From Histomonas meleagridis 2922-C6/04-290x (taxonomy: Eukaryota > Protista > Parabasalia), in assembly GCA_020184695.1 (NCBI GenBank), contig JAANOX010000031.1, positions 1 through 49,603 on the forward strand: 49,603 nucleotides of DNA, in the 5' to 3' direction. The position numbers and the translations under genes were made by a program. The first letter of the stretch is position 1; every line of letters starts with the position of its first letter. Below, piece by piece: positions 12,867 through 23,388 of this stretch. The notes beneath the pieces are model-generated. The model was not told where the DNA came from. It saw only the letters and a program-made list of their open reading frames with translations, and ran no database searches.

Positions 12867-14059
12867 TTAACAATTTGTATCACTTTCATTGCTTACAAAA
12901 GTACTTTCAGCAATTTTTCTCTTACCCTCTATATCGCACTACTAGCAGCTGCTCTCTTATAGAGTTCATTCTGATCACTGGAAAACCAATGCCTACAGCT
13001 GTTGCTCCCATTTGTTCTGCTTCATCAACTTCATCGACATGTACAAGCATTTACTTTCTCCGGAATTTTTCATTGTTGGTCGATAATTTTATTGTTAAAT
13101 TGTTCGCAAACATAAAATGGCTCCACTCTCAATGTGGAGTTTGGTCTCAAATTCGACGATTTTGTTTTGATTAGAAAACATTTAACATGGAACACAAATG
13201 ACGAAAAATATTTTTGTTTTTGTTCCAATTCGCTTCAAAATCGAATTACAACCATTAACCTTAATTTGACCCATCACGTGAATAATAAAGGAAATAAAAT
13301 TCCCTTGAGATGGTTTTGTCCCAATAAAAGGTGCTAAAGCCCACTAATGGCTGGAACCGACTGAGCTGGAGCCGTTGACCGTCAAAGTATTCGTCATTAA
13401 TTCCAGCGTTGGAACACTTTTGATGCGAGAGCATAAACAAAATCGAAATCAGCAATGTGTCCTGCACGTTACACTAAACGCTAGCTCTTTTGAAATGATT
13501 TTCATCAAGAGATACTGAGGATTTGAATCCAAGGGAAATGATTCAATTATATGTGGATGGATGATGGCATTGAAGTGTTCCTTAAGATTATAATTACAAT
13601 CACGAGAAAGTAAATGTATAGCTAGTGATGGAATTAGGCGCTGATGCAGAGGAACAATGGATCATATCGGATTTTGTTTTTCCATCCTTTTTGAAAAAAA
13701 CTTTACCTGAAATTGTTAAATCTCTGTCAAGCCAAGAAGACCATAGACCTTGGCCATGTGGAATCAAGTTAAGTTGTTCATAATTATTTTGAACTATGAG
13801 TGAATGAGGCTTTATTTCAAACCCGTGAATCACCATTTACAGTACATACTGTATACACTATGCTTGGGAAACCTAAAATATTAAAATGTCAAATGATTTT
13901 TGTTTGAGTACATTATTAACGTAAAGAATTTATTTGTGTGTTGTCCATTCAATCATCTAACTCAGTATATCCGGAAATCTTTTGAGTAATTTCTTTGATT
14001 GCTCAAATGCAATGTAATATTGTAGGAGTTTGATTGCATGTCGATTTTGTTTCTTCCAT
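12867..14059 (-). CDS. M18-family (aspartyl) aminopeptidase homologue; frameshifted here, metal ligands apparently substituted
   Basis: Motif order matches M18: GFEIKPHS..NYEQLNLIPHGQGLWSSWLDRDLTISGKV (cf. GGGIWxTWFDRDLxLAGRV), IPSLAIHL, AGINDEYFDGQRL, MGATAVGIGFPVIRMNSIRE (cf. DIGxPQLxMHSIRE). Confidence 0.75.
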
Positions 14060-14068
14060 TTCACACTT

Positions 14069-14078
14069 GGGGTGCTCC
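14069..14078 (-). promoter_or_regulatory. GGAGCACCCC motif 10 nt upstream of the M18 ATG, in the divergent M18/TFIIS intergenic region
   Basis: Matches GGGGCRCCCC at 22207 and 37284 at 9/10 positions. Confidence 0.35.
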
Positions 14079-14192
14079 AAAGGGTAAAAGGTCAAAATAA
14101 CTCAACGTTATTTCGACCACATAATATTTACGTTTCTGGTGAAAAAGTGAATCTAATTCAATTTATCACTAACGGTTAGATGGACTAAAAAC

Positions 14193-15018
14193 ATGAGTAA
14201 TTGCTCATGTTACATTAGATGAAGTTATTGAAATTCAGCTGGATCGTTTCAAAGTGCTGTCATTTGACGGAAATAAAGTTGATTCGGAATCTGAGTTTAG
14301 TTTTTGGCAGATTTAGATACGATTAAAGACCATCTCAATTTGATCAAAAGGTCCTCAGGTTCAACAATAAAATTGCAGGTGCTATTTCAATTAAAACCAG
14401 CTAATACAAAAACACGCGAATGTAGCAAAGCAGCTGGAACTTTTCGAAAGTCTCAAAGGGTCCATTAACTGCTCGTAAAAGCGCATCCCAAAGCCATCTG
14501 CGTCCAGTTCCACGAGATCCACTCGTAAGCAAGTTCGTCATTAGACTTTCAAGAAAGACTCTCAAAGCCAAATTGATTCGAATCACATGTACACTGAGAT
14601 ACCACTTGGTCAAGTTGTCAAAGAACTTGAAGAAGCTGTTTGCTCAAGACCCCAACTATAACAACGGGGTTTCAACGAACTTCTTAAAAGTTCACTCAGA
14701 GCGGAAAACGTACTGGGTTAATAGATTGGTCAGAAAGATCTATCTGGAGAACTTGAAACCCGAGGTTGTGGTGCACGATTTACATCTGATGATTATAAGG
14801 ACAGCTGCTGAGAGAGCACGCGAGAACAATTACGAGTCGAAGTACAATTGTCGAGTCACTGTTTTCAAATACCGCCCGCAACAAAAGCGAATTCTTCCAA
14901 TGCAGAAGGTGCAAGTCAAGAAATATTAGCTTTTCACCAACTGCAGACAAAGAAGCGCTGATGAGCCAATGACGATTTTGTACTTTGCGGTGTGTGTGGT
15001 AACACATGGAAAGAGTAA
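14193..15018 (+). CDS. TFIIS: Transcription elongation factor TFIIS (frameshifted in this consensus)
   Basis: The C-terminus, across small frameshifts, reads [44 protein letters not shown], the diagnostic TFIIS zinc ribbon with the acidic DE hairpin. An M3-like ACGGTTA lies at 14172. Confidence 0.85.
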
Positions 15019-15415
15019 AACAAATACCGTTTGGCATAAAACTCCAATCAATAAACGTGTCTGAATCAAATGTAATTATTTCTGTTTATACTATGTTCGG
15101 TGTTTATAATATGCAAATTACAGTTGTAAATTTGTATTTTTATTAATTTTGATAATTTAAATGCTAAAGTTATGTTAGAAACATATCAGAAAATAAGAAA
15201 TGCCAATCAGTGTATTTCTTTTGGGTTTGTTTTTAGTGATTTATTGATTCATTCTTTGGGTGCGTGATAATGTTTTAATATAGTTATTTATGATAGTCAT
15301 TAGATTGCAAATGTTGAAACTAAATGTACTTTTCTCAGATTTTTGATATATAGATGTATATCTTCACGAGGTTTCATACTATGCATATTTTCATAGTGTC
15401 ATTATGTATTGTTTT

Positions 15416-16638
15416 CAGTTCATTGTAGTACTCCTCGATATCTCTTGAATTAAAACGATTGGCGTGCCCTTTATCGCCACACGCCCTTCCTGTTGTGAGG
15501 TCACATAATGGTCGCAAGGAGGTCGAGTGTTAATCTGTGCAGGGTTGTACCCATTGATGTCATGGAGTTCTTTACGTCTGGAATCTTTGTTTGAAAGCCA
15601 TATTTTTGAATTGCTTCCTTAATTCATCGCCCTTCAATTCTCCAAAATCATTATCAGCAATATACTTTAATTTAATTTCATTTGGCGTTCCCAGTAAACC
15701 TGAAGTATAGAGCTGGGTAGAAACAATCAGATCCGCAAGTTCCCATATTTTCCCAACAGGATCCTTCAAAGGCGCGTCCACCCTCTCATAACTATCTTAC
15801 ATATTTCTTTTCCAGTTCTTTCTGCGAAGTTTTTCATATAATTTTATGAACAAATTCATTACATTCTCTTGGGAACAATTTAATTTTAGTTTCAGTAGAT
15901 TTGTTTGAACCAAGAACACCATATTCGGGATTATATCCACTTCCATTAATTGAATGATTTAATATATCATAGTCCATAAATAATTTCAGCTCCTTTTGCT
16001 TTCAATAATCTCTTTTGTTCTTTTGTAGCGTATATGAATATCACAACAAAGAACATTTTTGAATTTTGTTAATATTGTTTTAATTTGGTTTGATAATATG
16101 ATCTCAATTTCACAATTCATTTCTTTTGCAATTTGCTTATAATATGAAATATAATCAACACCAGTAAATGGATGATATATAACCCCAAATAATTCACGAA
16201 AACTGTTCTTCAGTAAGTGCATCACTATATGGATTTATTTTTCATCTAGTAAATCAATAGGAACAAGTTCATTTCCACCTTCACCTGATGGATAACTACG
16301 CATTAAGTAAACTTTTTTAGCTCCTTTAAGAATTCCTTTAAAAATGATTGAACACCGATTCCTCGCTAAAATTGGACAAACAACTCCCGAATTCACCAGT
16401 TGGGAATTTGGATTTAATATCTTCATGCAATATCATCGATTGTTGCATAATTACTGCGCTTTGCAACAACTGCTTCAGTGATTGCTACAACATCACGATT
16501 ATTAAATTTAATGTTTTCACTTTTCGCACAAGAAAGAACTGAATCAACAACAATTTCAGAAAGATCATCACCTTGGCGAATTATTGGTGCACGAATACCA
16601 CGAACAACAGTTCCAACAGTTCTTTGAGAAGAGTTCAT
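15416..16638 (-). CDS. Coenzyme F420-0:L-glutamate ligase-like protein of the Firmicute gut-bacterial type (frameshifted here)
   Basis: Pieces: RTVGTVVRGIRAPIIRQGDDLSEIVVDSVL..NRDVVAITEAVVA; PILARNR; SYPS; HPFTGVDYISYYK; CDIHIR; GSGYNPEYGVLGSNKSTE; KDPVGKIWELAD; GTPNEIKLKYIADNDF; GDKGTPIVLIQ. Collinear with the bacterial family as recalled. Confidence 0.85.
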
Positions 16639-16649
16639 AAGAAAAATGA

Positions 16650-16656
16650 AGTGATC
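16650..16656 (-). promoter_or_regulatory. Trichomonad Inr-like element (TCACT) ~15 nt upstream of the F420-ligase-like ATG
   Basis: Minus strand reads aatgaTCACTtcatttttcttATG. Confidence 0.4.
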
Positions 16657-17313
16657 ATTAAAGAAAAATTATAGATATTTTATTTCAATAGAGAAATTGA
16701 ATGTGTTAACTTGTAATTCAAAATTTGCACAATGTTTTTCCTCAAAAAGTTGATATTTATTTGGTTGTGATCTAAAATCGGTTTTTGCAAAAAGGTACAA
16801 CTATCAATGGCAGTCTACTTTTCAAAAAGTTTTAAGTGTTTTTGTGAGTTTACCGCTTTTTTTAGTGTAGCTGGAATTTGATAATACTTGGAACAAATGT
16901 CTAAAAAAGATTTTTGACTTTTACTGAGATAACAATCTGTTAGTACATATTTTGTGTAAATAGATTCTTTGAGTGCTGATACTCTACTGAATATTAATAT
17001 TTGGATGAGAAACATAATAAATAAGTTTAAGTTTTGAAATTTTGTAATTCATTTGACATAACAGTAGCAAATCTCCCTTTATCAATGATATTAATATTAT
17101 GAGTTTCATATAAAAATAATAAGAAGATACAGTGAAATTTAAAGTTGGTGATTGAAGTACACAAATATTCTTTTTATGTGAAGATGAATATATACATATC
17201 TTGTATTTAAAAATGCGACTATATTAAGATAACCAAATCATCCATCTTCTTGTCTATAAATATCACCACATTTATTACTTTTTAATAACATATTTTTATG
17301 AAAATATAAGAAT

Positions 17314-19223
17314 TTAGTAATCTATTTCATCAAAGACTTCAATATACACTTCTTCTTCCTCATCATTTTGATCAAGAATTTCCTTAATTTCTTTGTGAAC
17401 ATTTGAAGTTGCTACATCAAGTGCAGTGCCGAATAATTTTTATGTTTTCCAAAAATTAATTAGATATCCAAAAACATAAAAATAAATATGTTTTGCATAA
17501 ATATCGATTCCTTTTTATTCAATGAGTAGCTTTACTATTTCTGTATAGCCAAAATTCAGACCGTCTTTCAGACGAATAAATAGGTACATAAATATTTTAA
17601 ATAATTTCCATATATTTTTTTGATATTTTAGATGAACGAAAAAAACATCAAATAAAACAAATAAATATCTTTAGCATTAATATCATTCCTTTTTGTTCAG
17701 AAGTAATTTTAACTGTTTCTGTATAACCTTCTGAAGATGCTCTAATACAGTGCTGTATAAAATAATTTAAATATTTCCAAATATTACTTTTTGAAATATC
17801 AAATTATCAAAAATAAAGCATAAAATTAAACAAATAAATATCTTTAGTTAATATCAATTCCTTCTTGTTCAAGAAGTAATTTTACTGTTTCTGTATGACC
17901 ATGATGCTAACATGAGTGCTGTTTTAAATAATTTAAATAGTGAAATATTATTTTGAAATAAAGAATTATTAAAATAAATTTTATCTTTAGCATTAATAAG
18001 AAATTCCAAAGAAAATACACAATCATAAATAAAAGTTATAAACCTACTTAATAATTAAAATTAATATATTTATTTATTATAAGGTAATTAAAAAGTTCTT
18101 CGTTACCTGAAAATGTTAAAATTTCGTAAACATAAGTTTTAACAGGCATCTTTTGAAGTAAGTGTTTTAAAAGTAATAAATTACCTGTTTGAATTGCCGT
18201 GATAAACATTTATTTATTGATTTCCATTCCTTCACTTTCTAAAAATGAGAAAATCTCAAAATTATTATGCGATATACATAAATCACCTAATAATGTTAAA
18301 TCTTTTATATAAATGAGTTTATTTTCATAAAGATAAAAAAATACATCATTCTGATGAAGCATTATTAATAAATCACATGAATCGTCAAAACTTAAATGAT
18401 TTTGTTCACATAAATGTATCATTTCTAAGTTACCACCAGCAGCTGCATATTTACCTGTTTTTGCATGATTACAATAACAATTTAATAATAAATATCTAAA
18501 ACATTTAATTGATCCAAAAATACTGTAATCAATTAATGAAACATCTTCTTTTATTAATAAAATCACATCTCATAAAAGTGATGGTTCAATGAATTGATTA
18601 AAATCAAAATCATTTTGTGATGATATTTCTTGAAGTTCTTCTATTTCATCATTTCGAATTATTTTTGCAATTTCATTTGGATTTACTCCTTCTTTAATAA
18701 GTTTCTTATGAAGTTCAATCATTCTTTGATAGTTCTTCATAATTTTCTGATATCAGAGAATAATCTGAATCACAAATCATTTTCATCAATCAGATATACA
18801 AAATATGGTACATTTCTTGAATTTGAGTTTGTCCTGAACTAATCATTTTGTTTTCAAGCATTTTTCTAGAAGATAACTTGACCCCTTGAGTTTTTATATT
18901 AATAATAAGAAGATCTATAAAGATATCAATCATTGATTTTTTATGTGGATCATTCAGAATTTCTCTTTCTTTTGAACCATTTTTAAAAATTCAAAACATA
19001 ATTTGTAATTGTCATTTGATACAAAATATGAATGTATAAATATGCATAAAGCTACATTATATGAAAATGAATATTCATTGGAAAAAATAATCATGAAAGA
19101 ACATACTGATTCATCAATATTTTTTTCATTTAATTCAAATACACTTTGTTCAATAGACTGTAACGCTTCTAGGTTTTCATCACTATTGTCTTTAATTTTT
19201 CTTCTGTTTCGAAAATGTTTCAT
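17314..19223 (-). pseudogene. Degraded DUF3447-ankyrin paralogue carrying the same inter-repeat spacers
   Basis: GVNPNEIAKIIRNDEIEELQEISSQNDFDFNQ; SLIDYSIFGSIKCFRYLL; KYAAAGGNLEMIHLCEQNH; then ankyrin modules (TALMLAS..GHTETVKLLLEQEGIDIN.KD) separated by 57-80-nt spacers. Contains in-frame TAAs and small indels. Confidence 0.75.
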
Positions 19224-19447
19224 TTGATATCAAATTCAGAATGCCACTTTTCACATAAATTTATCAATAATTTTATAAATTGTTAAATTTTTCAAAATGA
19301 AAACAAAGGCACATTAAGACATTCTCTGGTTCCTACAGACTCGAAAGTTTTACGTTTTTTATCAAACATATCAAAAAGAAAGCAAGAAAATATATATAAC
19401 CGCTATTGAAGATTAAAAACGAACTGAAAAACATACTTTTACGGTTA

Positions 19448-21103
19448 TTAGCATGAAAAAAGTGGATTATTTATTCCAAACCTTTAAGCTGTTGGTTCGG
19501 GAGGAATTTTGATCTTGCAAATCTCTTGCCACAGCTGAAATTGATGCGTACATTGGCTGGCTTCCAGGTACCTTGTAACCCCTTCACCATTGGCAACGCA
19601 GCCCATTTCCATCATCTAATCTCCATCAGCAACAGAAGTTATACAGCTGATCCTGATCCCTTTTTGTCTTGCTTCTACTCTAAACAGTTCTATTTTTGCC
19701 TCTTCGCATGAATATTCTACAAAGAATCCTCCTCTTAAGAAGTCAAAGTAACCACTTTCTGCTACAGACACGTAAATGTTCAAAATTTAACTTCGTTTGG
19801 CAACGAACTTAGATCAATTCTTGATATAATAGTACCGAAAGACTGAAGTCCCAATGCTTTGTTTGATTTTCTAAAATTCCAATGCAGTGCATTATTAAAT
19901 ACTGATGGCTTATGATGGTTGCATATCCGATTACGTTAATTTACTATCGATAGCGCCAATTCCGATATCGGGATCTTTTTATAAGAAAATGGAGGCAAGT
20001 CATAATATCCATAAACTAATAATGACTTTGGCATTTGTTGCATTTGGAAGAAATTGCAAAGATAACGAAAATGTCCTTGGCTTTCCTTGTTCTAGAATAA
20101 TATCGTACGAAAAGGAGTTGCTTTGATGCATGACTGTGGAGTAACAATGTCTCCTTTAATCGCATAATAAAATTGTTGCGGAAGTTGGAGATTGTGATAA
20201 CGCATATGAATTGGTGAGTTTAACATAGTTTAAGCAGCCTGGAGGTGCTTTGTTAAGTGGATGCTCCGTTTTATCACTAATGTGTAATAAATATGACCCG
20301 CTTATTGTGTCTTTTCCTTGGAAAGAAATGGCATCTTGGAAATATACAATTGGTTCAAGTGATAAATCTTGTGATGTCCCAATACAATTCAAAATTACAA
20401 CCCCTTGGTAGTTATCAGTGACTTCAATAAGTGGAACATATATTAAGAAATCAGGCGTAGGACCTTTTTTAATCTTCCAGCGATTGATTGAGGCTAATGG
20501 AGTCCAACCAGTAGGGAAAAATTGTGTAGCGTGATGGTAAACTTTGATTCCATTGTCATCAAGCGGTGCTGGTTGAACTCGACAACAACCGCCATTACAT
20601 AAATCTAAAGTCAAAAATGAAATGTTTGTATTACGTCGACCTGGATTTAATGGTGGATTAAATTCAAGATAGAAAACAAGTCGGTCGCCATATAATGATG
20701 GATCGTGTTGATTAGTAATATGAATACGCCTTATTTGAACTTCAATCGTGGGTTCACCTTTGGTTTTAAGTTTGGTATCAAGTTTATATTTAACGGTACG
20801 ATCAAAAACTATTTCGTTTGTTGAAAAATCAAGTTTAACATTCCCAAGATAATCATCAGATCCAATCATATCATAATCATAAACTTTGATATTAATATAT
20901 TTAAGAAATGTTGTGTTGACTGCATATGTAATTATGAGTTCTTGATCCCATACAGGATTTAATGTTTTCTTTATAATTTTTGTTTTTGCAATTCTGATGT
21001 CTTTTCCACCACAACGAGCTTCGATGATACAATATGGATCAGACTTACCATTGATATCAGCAGCAGGTAAATTTGAACCACGGACAATGTAAATATGAAA
21101 CAC
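19448..21103 (-). CDS. C2-domain protein with TerD-like domain(s); ORF 20156-21103 plus a frameshifted continuation
   Basis: N-terminal C2 (GSNLPAADINGKSDPYC..TKIIKKTLNPVWDQ..KVYDYDMIGSDDYLG). Beyond the ORF stop are a second WxYD-type C2-like segment and a TerD-like RIDLSSLPNEVKFLNIYVSV. The GTG start may be an error for ATG. Confidence 0.65.
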
Positions 21104-22206
21104 TTTTAAAAAACAGAATAGCTTTGCTTCACTTTATTTATTTTGAAAGGGTGATGTGTTTTTAATTCAGAGACCCATTTTCAAAAATTCAATTTTAAAA
21201 GATCGTTTTGGAGGTTTGGCTTACGGTCATTGAGCAGCAAAATTGGCGTTCAATTTTGAATCGAAAAAGGGGTTTCATTGAAAACATTGAGAGCTATCTC
21301 AATCAAACATTCAGTGAAGAAAAGCTATCTCAATTTATGTGCACATAGAAATTGAATATATGAATTTTTTTTTCTCGAAGTTGGGTTGAACTCTTCCGAA
21401 AAACTATATTTGTTTAACAAGAGACATTTAGAGATCTCATAGCCATCCACGGATTAAGTTTAATTAGAAATATTTTTTCGTAATTTTTTTTTCTTTTTTT
21501 ACTTACACACTAAAGATGTCTCGTGCTACAAACTCAATTGAAGAAGATGGTGAATCCCTAGGCCATTAGATTTGACGTTTCTTGAATCTACATCAAAACT
21601 TTTGTATCGGCATGAAGATAATGAAAAGGAATATAGAGAAAAAGAAGTTATCGATTTAAATAATTTCATATTTTTCATTAAATTTTCTACTTATTGAAAA
21701 TATTTTTTAGAAACTATTTTAATATAATATCAATAATAAAATATTTATTCAAATTACATGAATAATTTATCAAAATTCTCAAAATTAGTGAGAAAAGGTA
21801 TTCAACAAAAATTTTAGTGCTTCAAAATTGATTATTCATCTTAATTCATTGTTTTGCTTCTGCGATATAACGAATTTCATGAGTACATGTTCAAAATAGA
21901 ACCTGATTAACATATTATGAAAAAAGATAAATTTATTTCGAAAACCAAACACGCAAATCATTTCGCTCTGATTTATTTCATACACATAAATAATTTTTTG
22001 CACTACTTACAAAATTAATTTTGCATACATAGTAAAACCATCACGAGAAAAGTATATAGCAAAAATACAATGGTCAATGATAAGAACATTTGATAAGCAA
22101 ATTTCGTTTCTTTAAAAACGATTAATAACAATCACTCAAAATTTGAGTTGAATTGAATCAAAAGTGACATATTAAACGTTCAAAATCTGGCCGTTTATTT
22201 TTTCAT

Positions 22207-22216
22207 GGGGCGCCCC
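22207..22216 (+). promoter_or_regulatory. Palindromic GGGGCGCCCC 30 nt upstream of the Src1/MAN1-like ATG
   Basis: Perfect 10-bp all-GC palindrome in strongly AT-rich intergenic DNA; near-identical copy at 37284. Confidence 0.4.
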
Positions 22217-22245
22217 GTCAAAAATTGAATGCTCTTTAATCCATC

Positions 22246-23028
22246 TTGATGCAAAACCAAAACAGAAAAACAAATCGACAAGATACATCTAGAAAAGACA
22301 GAAAGCACTCAACCCATGATCTTGTTAAACATGGCAGATCATATTTTGATGTTTGGACAATTATACCTTTATCATTATCAATTTTATTAATGGTTTCAAT
22401 TTGGTTTGTTTTTTTCTCAAAAAACCATACTCTAAAATTTTGTGAAAACAATTTTCAAAAAGAATGCATTCCATGTCCTTTCAATGGAATTTGTACTGAT
22501 GGAAAATTAAAATGTAAATTTGGTTATAAAGTAAAAAATAATGAATGTGTACCTGACAGTGTCCGCCAACAAAAAATATCACATTTTATTGCTTCACAGA
22601 TAAGTGATTCTTGTCAAGAATCCATTCCAATTGATACGCCGACTCTTTATGAAGAATTTGGGAAATCAGAATTTTTTGAAAGCGCGTTACAATTTGTAAC
22701 TCAAAGCAAATATGACATTAATTTTAATGGTAAATATTACATCTCATATAAACCGATACAATCATTAAAATGTAAGGTCATGATCATCATTTCAATTCAA
22801 CATAAAAAACGAATTCAGAATATGATCCATACCCAAGCAAATCGAATAATCAATCAGCTTGCTGCAGAAAACAATGGTAGCTTTGTTTATGAATCAAATT
22901 TTGCGAATAACAAAAACGCATCAAAAAATTATTGGCAAAAAGTGACGCGCGAAGTCGAAAGAAATAATTCTGTAATTACTCTAAATGGAAAGCAAGGGAA
23001 AATGTGGAAAATATGTGATGAACAGTAA
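22246..23028 (+). CDS. Src1/Heh/MAN1-like inner nuclear membrane protein (MSC domain)
   Basis: Basic N-terminus, one TM, then the Cys pattern FCE..CIPCPFNGICTDGKLKCKFGY..ECVPD, and a C-terminal WQKVTREVERNNSV..KMWK winged-helix-like end. Confidence 0.65.
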   Translation: MMQNQNRKTNRQDTSRKDRKHSTHDLVKHGRSYFDVWTIIPLSLSILLMVSIWFVFFSKNHTLKFCENNFQKECIPCPFNGICTDGKLKCKFGYKVKNNECVPDSVRQQKISHFIASQISDSCQESIPIDTPTLYEEFGKSEFFESALQFVTQSKYDINFNGKYYISYKPIQSLKCKVMIIISIQHKKRIQNMIHTQANRIINQLAAENNGSFVYESNFANNKNASKNYWQKVTREVERNNSVITLNGKQGKMWKICDEQ

Positions 23029-23388
23029 ATGTTTGTGTTTATTTACTTTTAGTTTTACATATTAATTGTGAATTAGTATAATAACATTAATTAAACAAAC
23101 AAGTTTAAATGACTATACTCTATAATTGATAAAATTATCATTGTTTGCTCAAGTGAAACACTTTATTTTCTCTTTTTAGAAAGCTCCTACATTTGTATCA
23201 TAAAGTCTGTTAAAATTTATTCATGGATATCAAATCTGATAAATTATAGTATTACAATTTCAAATGTTATACTGCGTTAATGATCTCGATTATAAATATA
23301 ATTTTATTGATGACTTTTATTGGTGAAACTGATTTTTATATAACTATTTTGCACTTCCATTATAATGTAATTTTAGCAGTTCCTTTTT

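Noticed and set aside
14147-14179. Possible intron ending ACTAACGGTTAG
   Set aside because: It lies upstream of the TFIIS start and is followed by ATG-GAC-TAA; better explained by the overlapping M3-like promoter motif ACGGTTA.
21516-21700. Short coding-like fragment (MSRATNSIEEDGES.../LDLTFLESTSKLLYRHEDNEKEY)
   Set aside because: Under 60 codons, interrupted, and no recognisable family.
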